Assembly: GCF_009914755.1 (NCBI RefSeq)
Contig: NC_060947.1
DNA from: the human T2T-CHM13v2.0 reference genome, Homo sapiens
Direction: 5' to 3' (one strand)
DNA length: 64,000 nucleotides
A program made the position numbers and the translations under genes. The notes beneath the pieces were generated by a model that saw only the letters and a list, made by a program, of their open reading frames with translations, made no database searches and had not been told where the DNA came from. Below, piece by piece: positions 14,276 through 29,850 of this stretch; position 1 is the stretch's first letter; every line of letters starts with the position of its first letter.

Positions 14276-15928
14276 CTTAAGGAGTTGGGATGTAGAGAGA
14301 AATAAAATTGAATAGGTTTTAAACACTAAATAAAGGTTTTAGTTTACAGATAAGAATACTTCTATATGAAGCATAAATTTGCATATATGCTCACCTAGAC
14401 TTTGAGATCTTATAATTTCTTCAACAGATTAAACCATCACTTTCCAGAAGGCTACCATATTTCTTTGACATAACTAGTAAATTGCTGAAGTACACATTGA
14501 CATCTGAAATCATTTGTCTGAATGTCACCGAAATGAAGTGAATAGTGTGATAGTTTTTGCTCTTGTTGTCACAAGGATAATACGGAGTATTTAAAAATGA
14601 GTGATAAGATGGGATAGTTGTATTAAATTAAAAACCTTTTAAATCATACTAATAGGATGACCAATGTGCTTTATTAAGAAGCAAAGAAGTATCAGAGATG
14701 CTTAAGGCAAATGGGCAGATGACTTGAATTGGAGTCATTTGACTGCATGTGAAAGCTAGTACATGACTAAGAGCCTACAAAAATATGTATTCTTATTTAA
14801 AACTTAAATATGAAATGCTTTGGAACAGTATAGCAAATTTCGTTAAGTTTGTTAATAATTACAGAAGCATTAACATGATGGCATGTACTATCAATTTCAG
14901 GTTGAAAATAGCTGGAAAAAACACATTTTCACAACAAGTGGCTTCTCTTGGCTTTCCAACTGTTGCTTCATTCACCTTAAAAAAATAAGTATTAATTCTA
15001 CAAATATTTAAATTTAAGTAACACAATTATTGCAGGATTGATAGAAGATGCAGTAGAATTTTATAATATATTCAAAATATGAAACTGTGAGTCTGTAAAC
15101 TTTGATGTGTGATGAATTTGAGCCTGCCATGTTTATTCTGTCAAAACCACAGCAGTGCTTAGATGACAGACCCCTAGTTATGGTTGACAGCCTAGATCCT
15201 ATTAACACTGTGAATCATCACACTTAACCCTGTAATATTGTAAGATTAGAAATGAGTATCTTGTCAGAAATAATACATTTATCTAGGAAATATATGGTTG
15301 GATGGAACTGTGTCAGAGCAAGCAAGAGTCACCAGAAATTTATGTAAGGCACGCAATACTTTAGCTTACTATTTTATTTATTTTTGAATTTTACTAAGGG
15401 CTGACACTGTGTCACATGAAAATCCTACTGTAATGGTATCTTGGCTCACCCTACTGGTTAAGAGAAGAGCATTTCCACCTTGAATGCTGCACCTAAAACT
15501 TAAGATGTGTGCTTCCTTAAAAACAATACAAAATAAACCCCAGAAATAAATTGGAGTGAACTACAAAATTACAACTTTAAGGAATTTATGACTTTGAGAA
15601 CTTTCTCTGCATTTTTTAGACTACAGAAAAAAATATAGCACTTTATTTTAAATATGAGGGGAATTTTCAAATAGTCATGTAAACTGCAAAGTAAAAAACT
15701 ACATATTTTAAATATACAGTTTCTTTACACAGCACTGTTTCTTAAAGCTGCATTAACAGAGTTCAAAAGACCTCTAAAAATGTGTTTTACCATCATTTTG
15801 GGTTGTGTTAAACATGATATCAAACTCAAGTTGTCCTTCTCAAGACCCAAATTAAATTTTGTTTTACTTAATGAATAATTTTAAAATCTGGATATATGAT
15901 AACTATAACTCTATAAAAAGCATCTTAG

Positions 15929-16243
15929 AGCCAGGCACGGTGGCTCTCGCCTGTAATCCCAGCACTTTGGGAGGCTGAGGAGGGAGAATCATGAGGTCAG
16001 GAGTTCGAGACCAGCCTGACCAAAGTGGTAAAATCCGTCTCTACTAAAAATACAAAAATTAGCCGGGTGTGGTGGTGCATGCCTGTAATCCCAGCTACTC
16101 AAGAGGCTGAGGCAAGAGAACTACTTGAACCCGGGAGGCAGAGGTTGCAGCAGTGAGCAGAGATTGCACCACTGCACTTCAGCCTGGGCAACAGAGCAAG
16201 ACTCTGTCAAAAACAACAACAACAACAACAACAACAAACAAAA
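15929..16243 (+). mobile_element. Alu (AluS-like) with (CAA)n tail
   Basis: Alu consensus; near-perfect TSD AAAAAG(C/G)ATCTTAGAG. Confidence 0.95.
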
Positions 16244-16385
16244 AAGGATCTTAGAGAGGATGGGAACATTTGATCAAGAAGCTACCAACTGAATAGCTTA
16301 CTTTATTTATGCACCTTACTAGACCATTTTTGTTAAGCTCACCGTTTTAGTAATAGTCTAGTTTTTGAAAATTTGGAAGAGTTCG

Positions 16386-16675
<290 letters not shown>

Positions 16676-17089
16676 AAATAGTCTAATATTAACTAACACT
16701 TCCAAAAGATCAAAAAAATTTACTTAAATAATTTACACATAATATTGAGAAAGATTTTATTATACTTCTACAAAAACTCTGAGAGTGCAGCTCGCATGTA
16801 GTACTTGCTCCTCTAGAGGATCACAAGCACTTGGTTGGACTACCAGTGTTAGACTACCTCTTGACCTTTAGAGGGTTGGGCTACCTCTTAATCTTAGACA
16901 GCTTTTTAAAGAGTGATTATTATACAATGCTACATCACTGGATATAATTTTAGTTATGATTGTAAATGATCTTAGGCTACTTTCATTAATACAGTCTGAG
17001 TCAATTATTCATTTCATCACAGGCTTCTTTATTGATATAAGAGAAATATGATTTGTTACATGTAGCTCTAATTGGTTAGACTTAAAACT

Positions 17090-17494
17090 ATTGGAAAAAA
17101 AAAAACTTTAGAGAAATTAAATTTAGTAGTTCATTTCAGCAAGTTCATGAATGAGGCGGCACTCAGAACCAGAACAGGTTCAGAGAACTCTGCATAGTAG
17201 TGTGGACAGTGAGCTCTTATAGTCTGAATACAAAAGCAGAGTAATCACCTGATTGGCTAGAGCTAGATGCCTGCCTCATTTGGCATGGTCTGATCAGTTT
17301 GCTGCTTGTGATTGACTGAAGCTCTGTGTCTTGTGATTGGCTGAAACTTCGCTCTTTGCTACAAAATATACATCTAAATTGGGTTTCAGTTGGTTTATAT
17401 ACTAAAAGAGGTTGTAGTTTGTGGTTTGTTTGGTAGGAATTCAAAGTACGGAAACAGCCTCAATCCAATAGGCTCCTGCTTATTTAATTTAACA
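17090..17494 (-). mobile_element. ERV1 solo LTR (MER57/LTR54-like) with several CCAAT boxes
   Basis: Minus strand starts TGTTAAATTAAATAAGCAGGAG; repeated GATTGG motifs; subfamily uncertain. Confidence 0.6.
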
Positions 17495-17956
17495 AAATTA
17501 ACCTTTCATTGGGTCCTGAATACTCGATTTAAACCTCCCCCTGTTTGACTCTTCTTATGTTAGAAATTCATTCTCTAAAAGTCTTTTCTTAATTTGGTTG
17601 CAAAAAAAAAAAAAAAAAGCCACCCAGATGCCATGGCTGCCTGTGTTTTTTCACCCTGGAATTCTGCCATTACTGAACAGTATGTGCTCAGCTATGCTAA
17701 AGCTTTTACAACCCCCACCCTCATATTATAGAAGCAAAAAAAAAAAATGTCCAAAGAAATTCTACCATCTGGCGTATTGAGACTTCAAAGACTAAAGAAA
17801 AAATGTTAAGTTATGGTCAGAACATTTTTTTTTCTTCCCAAATAACACCTATGCAAGAAAGAAAGGAAAACAAAAATATCACAGAGCTGGAACTTCATGG
17901 GTTTAATACACTTACATCTATCAAAAGTAAAACACCATTGCAGACATATTCTATGC

Positions 17957-18270
17957 CTATGCTGTCTAGTACAGTAACTAGTAGCTATGTGTGACTTTAA
18001 AGCACCTGACACATGACTAGTCTGAATTAAGATATGCCATAAGTATATAATACATACCAGATTTTGATCACTTACTATGAAAAAGACAATGTAAAATAGC
18101 TCATTGATAAAACATTAATATTCACATTGATTGCATGTTGAAATTTGAATATTTTAGGCATATTGGATTAAATAAAACAGATAATTTCACCTGCTCATTT
18201 TGGCTTTTACTTTTACTGTGGCTACCAGAAATTACTTATGTAGCTTGTCTTAAATTTTTGTTGAAAACCC
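17957..18270. mobile_element. MER33/MER3-like hAT-Charlie relic
   Basis: GCTGTCTAGTACAGTAACTAGTAGCTATGTGTGACT...GATATGCCATAAGTATATAATACATACCAGATTT. Confidence 0.65.
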
Positions 18271-18881
18271 CTCTTTTATACCAAACTTAGTAAGGAAGAT
18301 TTTGACTGAAGGTTGCTTAATACCAATACATTTGACTTTCTTGTTTCTTATGGTATAACTGATTAAAAATATTGTTTAAAATAATAGTAAAAATAAAATA
18401 AAAATATAATAAAGATATATCATTTCAGGAATTGCATATTAAATATTGATATGAAATTACAAACATTATGAATGACCTGCATATTAACATTAAATATGCA
18501 TGGTTATATACAGTTAAATCCAGAACATTGACCCTTAATTAGAGACTCCACTTCTCCTCACGTCTTTGAAGTGGAATATTCTTTGGGCTGCAGAAATGGT
18601 AATAACTGCCTAATTGATAGTGTTTATGAAACGTTTGTCTATTGAAGATAAAAAAACTATCTGTACCTCAAAGAAGTAAAATGTATAGCACAGGTTACCT
18701 AAGCAAACTGCTAAATAAAGAATAGATATAAGTTCCATAAAGTTTATGGTTTTGTGCAATAGAGGACATACACCCTTGTATTTCATATTTTATTGCACTT
18801 AAAAATACGAAACTTTTTTTGATGAGAAAGACAACGACCCAGATGTCTTTATTTTAATATATTAAGCATATTTTGTGACAG

Positions 18882-19781
<900 letters not shown>

Positions 19782-20018
19782 CACAGACAGGTTTGTACAT
19801 AATTCATATCTAATCAAATCATGATAATCGTTTTCAAATGCTTAACTTTCCCTTTATCATTTAATGTTGAAATTATGACCCAGCAAGCTAAAAATGGAAT
19901 TCATTTTATATCATGTCGGATATCATTTTGCCCTCCAAATATGTACTCGTAATGGCAAATAATGAGTTATGCTGAATGATTAATGTGAGTTAAAAAATGC
20001 TGATTTTACTTAGTTTGA

Positions 20019-20122
20019 AAATTGCTTATATATTTATATAAGATATATTGCTTATATATATATGATATATATATAAGAAATATATATAAGAAATATATAT
20101 AAGAAATATATATAAGCAATTT
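20019..20122. repeat. AT-rich tandem plus inverted repeat
   Basis: ATATATAAGAAAT units; AAATTGCTTATATAT (20019-20033) is the reverse complement of 20108-20122. Confidence 0.85.
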
Positions 20123-21634
20123 AACTGCATATAAGGCCTTGATCACTTTCGTTATCTTAAAGTCCCAATTATTTTGAGTGTGAGACTTCCAGTTATACTA
20201 CATTCTTGGAAATTAAAGTTATTACAGCTATATCCAGTAGAATTAAGTAGGGAAATATGTAATCATTATAAAAATTGCATTTAAAATGAAGAGATTATAT
20301 AGATTTAATAAATTTACAGTGATAGGATCTTTAGGATATATAACTCTGAGCAACACATTTTTGCTCTTGAATATTTTTTCAATTGCTTTAATAGCTGTAG
20401 CAGTTTATTCTCATTTTTGTTAACAAATAAAAATAAACACACCATAACAACAATTATGTCACTGTTTTAGATAAAGTATTAGATTTTTTTTTCCTTTAAG
20501 GAATTCTCTTTTTTAATGCTTTGGTCCATGTATCCATGTCCTGGGAAATCATTAGGAACTCATCTATATGTCTGTTCATTTAGTTGGTCCTTGAATTATC
20601 TGATAATTCTCATTTTCAATAAGTAGGAAATGGGTTGTAAGAAGAGAAATTACTTTTGCTTATTACAATTCATCAAAATTATGCTCCAAAGCTCAAAAAC
20701 ACTTCTGATTTATCAGCAAGTTTTGATTGGAGGAGCCAACACACATCTGGGAAATACAGATTCAAATAAGAATGCCCAAATAGGGATCTCCCTACTGTAA
20801 AGTACGTTTCTTTCTATGGAATGAATATAAAATCCCCCAATAACCTTTTAGGTCATTTTATTTCTCCAAGAATTGGTCTTTCTTTCCTTCTACTGCCTTA
20901 GAAAAATTTATTGTTTGGCATATCCACTGGTTTTGGAGACTATTGTAGTGTCCTACAAAATACTACCATCTTAAAGGTAAAACATTCATATATTATTTCT
21001 TAATATTTCACGTTGTTATACTCAGGTAGCATAAAAGAAGAAATTACCAAAACAAAACAAAACAAAACCTAAGATAAGTTGTTTAACTCTAGGGAGGAAT
21101 GGAGAATGAAATTGTTCTTGGGATGTAGAAACATCTCATCTGTGAATCTGAAGTCAATTTCCTGTTACTGGGCAGTATACAATAATTATTTCAAATATTT
21201 ACAGGTATGTTATACCTAATGTTCAGAAGAAGCATAAACATTCTGATTTTCTAATTTTACACCTTGACTATAAAACATTTGCAAGACAATTATAAGTTGT
21301 GATATAACTATACATATAATATAGAAGACACATGTTTTAACATAAAGAGAATGATGATATCCATTCATTAAAACTGAGGACAGAGAATCTTCCCAAATAA
21401 TGACCAATCTAAATATAACAATTTGATTTCAGAACAGTCTAATCTGTGTAGATGTTAAATCATTATTGCTCACATAGTCATATATAATTATATGCTATTA
21501 GTTTCATTGAATTTATAAATAAATCTCTCATGGTCTCTTGAAATTAGCTTTATGGGAGAGGAATATCTGAAATAAAATAAAAACCCACATTCTACATTCC
21601 TTTAGGAGAATGGGGCCATAACTACCATAAGTAA

Positions 21635-21944
<310 letters not shown>

Positions 21945-22141
21945 TAAGTTGTTTTTTAAACCTTTTCTGCTTGTTTAGAAGGAAATCTCCATTGCAGCAG
22001 GTGATGTGAGGTTTGATTAAATAAATTGACAGACTGCTCAGAGGCTGATTCAGTATTTTAATAACATTGCAATAAATCTTTTGCAATGTGGTCCCATTTT
22101 TCCTCAAGATGATCATCCTTATTTTATTTAATATTGGTGTA

Positions 22142-22249
22142 ATCGAATACCTACTTCATTTAACTTTTCTACAGTCTACATTTTGAACTACATCGAATAC
22201 CTACTTCATTTAACTTTTCTACAGTCTACATTTTGAACTACATTTTGAA
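22142..22249. repeat. Perfect 50-bp tandem duplication
   Basis: ATCGAATACCTACTTCATTTAACTTTTCTACAGTCTACATTTTGAACTAC at 22142-22191 and 22192-22241. Confidence 0.95.
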
Positions 22250-23540
22250 ATAATAGATTCCGTTCATGAGGAATTATGATTGTGTGGCATTGCTAAGAGT
22301 TGTAACTGTTGGAAATGTCAAGATACACTATTGCATGTGAAAAGAGCTGTACATAGAATTGATGCTATCAGATACAGTGCCACCTTTTTATTGAGGGCAT
22401 GATAGGCTAATGATAATGAAATTTTTAAGAGTTCTGCATAATAGCAAGATTTTTAATAACTAGAGCAGAATGATAGAAATCTCTTGTAAAAGTGGGTTCC
22501 AAAAGATCTTAGAGTTAGTTGATTGTTTAAATTTATAACCTCATTAGTAGTATAGACAGATTCCTGCATCTTAGAAACTCTTAGGAAAATGCCAGTTTCG
22601 ATTCATCAATACTCCAACTTTAACTTCAAATGGAATTGCCCTCAATTTTAAAATGACATGAATTTTAATAAAAAATGAAAACTAGAGAAATAGTTACGTG
22701 AAGGAGGCATATATGGGAAAGTGGAGGCTAGGCCTTCAGGTTTTACAGAAGCAAGCATTTCTAACAAACAGAGACAGACTTGAAACAGGCTAGAGAACCC
22801 TTAAGTAGGAAATACGCATAACAAGTTGTTTTAATTGCTAATGCATTTGTATAAACAGAGCAATCTATGACAATTGTGCTGTCAATAATCTCTGAGATAT
22901 GGTTAAGTAATAAAGCAACAAGAAATGATATTGACAGACAAATGGAGATCCAATAATTGTCTGCAGCATCAAACTCTCATGTATAACGACTTTTGAAGGT
23001 TGAAGTTCGTGAGAGCAGTTCATTATGTGTTTCAAACAAAACTCTATTTTGCCATTCTTCCATCAACTGGAGCAGTAAGCACTACAGCTGAAATTCTGCC
23101 TAAGGGAATCCATGTATACCAGTTGGTTAACCTTGTGACATTCCACTAAAAAGAACCAGGCTCTTTTGTAATACATAATTCATGAACCACTCTGATTGTT
23201 TAGCATTGATCAGCACTTGAATAAATTGAGTTGCTATCATATTAACATAAGTAGCAATGCTTTAGTGAGATTTTCTTTCTTCCTTTCTTTTATGATTTAT
23301 AGTTCTTGAAACAGGAAGTCAGTTTAGAAGACTGCAGAGTTATGTATCCAACTATTACTTTTGAACCAACCTAATACAATGATAACAGAAGGCTGTGAAG
23401 TACATTCTAACAACTGTTTGCATATTCCATTTAAATTCCCAGATTTGACTGCCAGTATGGATTTGTTGTCAGACTTCCTGTCTTCTCTGTGGTCAGACAT
23501 GCCTATCTTTGCATTTTTCAACTCTATATGTAATTATTCT

Positions 23541-24306
23541 TGTCTACCAAATGAGTCAAACTCTCTAAAATATTTGAAGAGATTTATTCTGAGCCAAATA
23601 TGAGTGGCCATGGCCCGTGACACAGCTCTCAGGACGTCCTGAGAACATGTGCCCAAGGTGGTCGGGGCACAGCTTGGTTTTATATATTTTAGGAAGACAT
23701 GAGACATTAATCAAATACATTTAAGAAATACATTGGCTTGGTTCAGAAAGGTGGGACAACTCAAAGTGGGGGCTTCCAGGCTATTGGTAAATTGAAACAT
23801 TTTCTGGTTGACAATTGGCTGAGTTTATCTGAAGGCCTGGGATCAATAGAAAGGAAATGTTTAGGTTAACATAAAGGATTGTGGAGACCAAGTTTTATTG
23901 TGCAGAGGAAGCTCTCAGATAGCCAACTTCAGAGAGAGCAGGTTGTAAAATGTTTCTTATTTTACAATAAGACCTAAAAGAGTGCCTGGCTCTTAGTTGA
24001 TTATCTCCTGGTTCTGGAAAGGAAGGAAGGAAGACAAAGAGGAAAGAAGATTCTCTATATAATGTGGATTTTTCCCACAAAGGATGGCTTTGCAGGGCCA
24101 TTTCAAGATATGGCAAGGAAATATATTTTGGGGTAAAATATTTTTAATTTCTTCCTTGTTATTCCCGAGTCAGATTGGAAAGTAAGTCAAGATATACAAG
24201 GTTAAATAATCCCCATTTGATGGAATTTATGGTTTGTAGGGTGTGACTCCCCAGACCCCTTAGACAGGAATTTGGGCAAGATAAAAAAGTTAGAGCTTAG
24301 TCCTCA
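23541..24306 (-). mobile_element. MER4-group (MER4E/D-like) ERV1 solo LTR
   Basis: TG...CA ends, 4-bp TSD TTCT, GAGAACATGTGCCCAAGGTGGTCGGGGCACAGCTTGG typical of MER4. Confidence 0.85.
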
Positions 24307-24467
24307 TTCTCAAATCTAGGTAGTTTGACGTGGTTGTATAATTGCCCAATATCTCAGCAGGCAAGGAACTGCAATTTATATCTTTCAGAACTTTACAAGG
24401 TAATACACTGAAGACACCAGCCTTACTCTAAGGAACACAAACGTATATAGTAGTGATCTCTGTGTGA

Positions 24468-24924
24468 TGTGAACTCTGAAAATTTGAGACAAGTCTTAGT
24501 TATTTTAGAAAGTTTATGTTGCCAAGGTTGAGGACACACGCCCATGACAGCCCCAGGAGGTCCTCAAAACATGTTCCCAAGGTAGTCAAAGCACAGCTTG
24601 GTTTAGTACATTTTAGGGAGACATGAGATACCAATTAACACATGTAAGATGAACATTAGATCGGTTGGAAAGGCAAGACAACTCGAAGCAAAAGCAGGAT
24701 GACTCCAGGGGAGAGAGCTTCCAGGTCATAGGTATATGAGACAAACGTTTGCATTATTTTGAGTTTCTGATTAACCTCTCCAAAGGAAACAATCAGATAG
24801 GCATTTGTCTCAATGAGCTAAGGGGTATCTTCGAACAGGAGGCAGATTTGCCCTAAGCAGTTCCCAGCTTGACATTTCCCTTTCGCTTAGTGATTTCAGG
24901 GTTCCAGGATATTTTCCTTTCACA
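24468..24924 (-). mobile_element. MER4A-like ERV1 solo LTR
   Basis: Minus strand starts TGTGAAAGGAAAATATC; TSD GTGA/GAGA. Confidence 0.85.
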
Positions 24925-24925
24925 G

Positions 24926-25333
24926 AGATGTGGTTTGGATCTGTGTCCTTGCCCAAATCTCATGTCCAATTGTAATCCCCAATGTTGGAGGTGGGGCCTG
25001 GTAGGAGGTGATTGGATGATGGGGGCGGTTTCTCATGGTTTACCACCATCCCCCTTAATGTTGTTGTGGTAATTGTGACTGATTGAGTTGTTGCAAGACC
25101 TGGTTGTTTGAAAGTGTGTGGCACCCCACCACTCACTCTCTTCCTCCTCCTATGGCCATGTCAGAGGTGCCTGCTTCACCTTCTGCCATAACTGAAAGTT
25201 TCCTGACGCCTCCTCAGAAGCCACTATGCTTCTTATACAACCTGGAGAATGCCGAGCCAATTAAATCTCTTTTCATTATGTATTACCCAGTATCAGGTAT
25301 TTCTTCACAGCAATGCCGGAACAGACTGTTACA
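24926..25333 (+). mobile_element. MSTA/MSTB MaLR solo LTR
   Basis: GATGTGGTTTGGATCTGTGTCC...CCAAATCTCATG...CCAATTAAATCTCTTTTC...TTACA. Confidence 0.85.
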
Positions 25334-26251
25334 AGGTGTATATAGAGAAATGTGACTATTGTGTGGCGAGAGGGTACGTTTTCATCCTCACATGCTGAAA
25401 AGTGAGAAGAGGAATATACTCGAGAATGTATTTTGATACATAAATATTATTTCATTGCTTTTCCCTTTTAGCATAATTTGCACATTTTAAATCATGTAAC
25501 CATTTCAGAGAGAAAACTATATTAATTATGAGATAGTTTTATCTACAGCTTGAACTATAGAAGAAATTTATTACTACATCAGTGTGAACCAGACCATATT
25601 TAAATAGATTATTTAACCTGTGGACAACAGGGTTCCAGAGTAGTGGTAAGAATTCCGTAAGGAAATTACCTTTATTCTTGGCATAGACTTTGCCTAGTAA
25701 AAAGTGAATAGGCACAAATGTCTCCTATGATTTTATACCTAATCACTGTTCCCTCTTGAGATTCATCTATGCATGCTCAGCCCTTTTAATGGTATTTTTT
25801 TCAGGAATTTATCTGTATGAAAAGCAGTAGCCTGAGAAAATTAGTTACAGATTTGCCACCAAGAATGATAAATGTCTAGTGGAGCAGAAAAGAGGCATAG
25901 AACATGCTCAGACTCATCACGGAAAGTGACTCAATTTTCCAGTGTATCAGCATTTGTAAGAGAAATATATAGAATATAAAGTGATACGCAAGAGATGAAC
26001 TCTCCAATCATTTTAAAGTGCCATTTGGGTATTATACATATTAAAATGTCCACATTTCTCATTTAATTAGGTTATTACAAGATACAAATTTAATATGCCT
26101 TTACTGAAACTCATGACTTCTTTTTAGTCCTAAATCTAGCTGTTTTCATTAAACACAAATTATATACGAATTTTTTATTCATAAAGCTTCATTCCTTTTT
26201 ACCTATTTATATTTTGCTATTTAAAAATATCCAGCACCACACAAAAAAGTA

Positions 26252-26252
<1 letters not shown>

Positions 26253-26308
<56 letters not shown>
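26253..26308 (+). repeat. (TG)21(TA)6 compound microsatellite
   Basis: Seen directly. Confidence 0.95.
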
Positions 26309-26309
<1 letters not shown>

Positions 26310-28547
26310 AACATTAAATTAAAAAATAGTAATATCTAGCATGGTTGTTTTGTTGACATCCCACACACTGGTTTAAATAACTGAAAAAAAAATGGACAAC
26401 AGCATTTTATCAAGACTTTTCTTTGCAAACCATTTGAATTATTTTATAAAATGAGTAGAGATAGGTTACTTACCATTGCAGAATCTGTTTCTTTAGATAT
26501 TAGAAATAGAGATTTGATTTTGAGCCATAACCTCTTGCTTAAAAGTATTCTTATGCCCTATGATATGCAGGTGTTATTCAGATTTAACTGTTTATCTCTA
26601 TCTTTGAGGATATACAGGTATATATGAGGACAAGCCCACTTGTTCTCTCTTCCTAAAGGAATACACAAAAAATCAGGGTGTAGAAAAATATCTTATTTCT
26701 CCCTCATTTTATACACTAGGACAATGTGAGACATTTAACTGCTCTATCATGTCCACTACTAGGCTGTCTGCCAATTGGATGATCATACTTTCCAATTATC
26801 CTAGACTCTAGTACTTCAGTGTTTAGGACAGTTGGATTTTAACAACAGAATTCACTAGGACAATATGCTATGCCATCATGAATACCTTCTGGCTTTGGGG
26901 AAAAACAACAACAACTGTAGTGCTTTTTATGTACTTGGAGAATATTTTGAAATAAGTAAAGTATTAATTTCTAATATCTAGAGGTTTAGAAAAACATTAA
27001 CATTCCTCTTTAATTTGAATGTTTATGATGTCACTCCACAAACACACATATTATTATCAATATTTAAATTACATCAAAGATATATCCAAGAACAAAGGCC
27101 CTTCATTGCAGTATACATGGTAATATATGCATTATCAACTGAAGAACACGGAGCAACAAGTGAATTCTGTAGAGATTTCAGCTAATAAAAATGCAAGTCC
27201 AAATCCCAAATCCGAGTCCTCCTATCCCCTAACCCCCAATCCCCAGCTGTGGTGAAATTTCCAGCACAAAAATGTCTAGGTTGTCATTAGTGTTTCAACA
27301 AAGCTAATGCATTTACTCTTCCATTGCTCACTAATTTTCAGGCTTTTTCTGCATTTCATATCCTCTCTTTGTCTCCTTACCTGCTCTTTTCTTCTTTGGT
27401 TACTTTTGTGACATTTTGTACCACATGTCCTTAGAATTCTATTCCTAATATTATGTTTTTTTCTCCAAAAATACTTTTCAAATGTTCTTCACAAGGTTCT
27501 AGTTTGTTGTTTAGAGGTAGGTACCCCTGAATAAGATATATCTTTTAATGTATATTTAATAAAATAATAATATTTCATTCTGGGGCTAGTATGGCACATC
27601 CCAAAGGAAGGAATTTGCATTTCTCTCTCATACTGTAATTTTTATTGAGTTTCTCATCTAGAAGTAACCTCCTTTTGATGTTGTCACCACTATAGTCCTA
27701 AATTAAGCCTACTTCAAAGCTTTAAACAATAAAAAATTCTAATTCAGGCAGAAAGTCAGCAAAGATACAGTGAACATATGCTATAAGCATGAAATTTGAA
27801 CAATCTATAATATAAAAATATACGCCATTTAAACCTTATGTCCTACATATCAAGGGTAATGACTTTGCTTTTTAGTAATTAAATTTGTACACGTAGTGAA
27901 ATTGCTAATGGATATTGATTGACAAGGCAAAAATCTTCACTTTGAGAAATCTTCCATTTTCCTAGAAAAATCTTAGAGAAGTTATTTAAGTGGCAACAAA
28001 GTTGATTCTGAATTACTTTTTGCTATTCAAGTTCCAAGACGAAGAGAATCATTGAGCACTTTTAGGCCAATCATCATGCATTTTTTCTTTTAGAAACAAA
28101 GTTAAGGTGTTCAACATCTTTAGACAAGTTCTTGAATATACTATCACAATTATTAAAGATTATAAAACTACAAATAATAGAATTAGTTACTTATATTGTT
28201 ATCACAGTGGGCATCAAAGACAAGATGTTTCCCTTACATATATTTCTGAAGGAAAGTAAGGTTAGATTGAAATGTTGTTTGATATTTTCCAAAATGCAAG
28301 TCACTTGCTGAAGATCAATCTGCCTTCATATTTCAGATAATCAAGGGAGAGTCTGTCTACCTTATTCACAAACTGAATAAATAGAGATTCATTCTGAATG
28401 ATATATGCAGGCCCCTTTTTCCTTTATGATTTAATATACAAGGCACGTTGAACACATGGGACATTATCTTCACTTGCTCTCAGGGGGACTATGTAAGAGG
28501 ACTGAATGAATAGACAAGTTTATACATAGTTTAGGGGCCCTAAGTGG

Positions 28548-28554
28548 AGTGTAT

Positions 28555-28598
<44 letters not shown>

Positions 28599-28600
28599 AC
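28548..28600 (+). repeat. (TG)n microsatellite
   Basis: Seen directly. Confidence 0.95.
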
Positions 28601-28632
28601 CTGCTATATATGAATATATACACATATCATAT

Positions 28633-28995
28633 TGTATTTGTCCATTTTCATGCTGCTGATAAAGACATACCTTTATGTCTGGGTAATTTATAAAGAAAAA
28701 GAGGTTTAATGGACTCACAGTTCCATGTGCTGGGGAGGCCTCACAATCATGTTGTAAGGAGAAAGGCACGTCTTACAAGGCAGTAGGCAAGAGAGAATGA
28801 GAGCTGAGCAAAAGGGAAACCCCTTATAAAACCATCAGATCTCATGAGACTTATTAAGTACCACGAGAACAGTATGAGGGAAACCACCCCCATGATTCAA
28901 ATATCTCCCATTGGATCACTCCCACAACATGTGGGAATTATGAGAGCTACAATTCAAGATGAAGATTTGGATGGGGACACAGCCAAACCATATCA
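28633..28995 (-). mobile_element. THE1 (MaLR) solo LTR
   Basis: Minus strand starts TGATATGGTTTGGCTGTGTCCCC; TSD CATAT/CATAC. Confidence 0.9.
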
Positions 28996-29252
28996 CATAC
29001 ATACACATTGTATAAAATGATGTACAAAGTATGTGTATGGATGAATATATGGGAAAAGTTAGGATTAAAGTGGAACTGAGCCTAATGGATCTGTCAAACT
29101 CATGTCAATCTTTATTAGACAGAGATGTTCATCTGGTGATGGTACCATTTTAGCTAATAAGAAGGTATAAACTATTGATAATCTTGCTTACATTTCTCTT
29201 TAATTTTGTTTATTTTCTCCTCTAAGATTAGAAAGCAAAATTGAAAAAGTCA

Positions 29253-29546
29253 GGGACCACGCATGGTGGCTCACACCTGTAATCCCAGTACTTTGTGAGG
29301 CTGAGGTGGGAGAATCACTTAGCCCAGGAGTTTGAGACCAGCCTGGGAAACATACGGAGACCCATCTCTACAAAAAAATTAAAAAACTGGCCAGGTGGTG
29401 TGCACTTGTGGTCCTAGCTACTTGGGAGGTTGAGATGGAAGGATTGCTTGAGCCCAGGATGTCATGGCTGCCTTGTTGTGTTCACACCACTGCATTCCAG
29501 ACTGGGAAACAGACTGAGCCCTTGTCTCAGAAAAAAAAAAAAAAAA
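29253..29546 (+). mobile_element. AluJ
   Basis: GGATTGCTTGAGCCCAGG (J-type); TSD AAAATTGAAAAAGT. Confidence 0.9.
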
Positions 29547-29850
29547 TTGAAAAAGTTCTCAGGAAAGATGCGGGGAAATATATTTTTTTCATTACACCAT
29601 TCCCCCAACACGAATATATTTTATTTTTTTCTTTTCATTTCCTTTCTAAGTCTTTGCATCTCTAATGATGGTGTACATTCATATGAAAAATTTGATATTT
29701 AGCAGAATTAATACTCAGTTAATACTTAAAGCTATAGATTATAGTTTGATAAGTAAAAATGAGTTATGAATTATGCAGAACTCCATAGAATTTCAATATA
29801 TGTATCCTCATTTTATTTATGTATCTGCTATATATATGTATATTTATATT

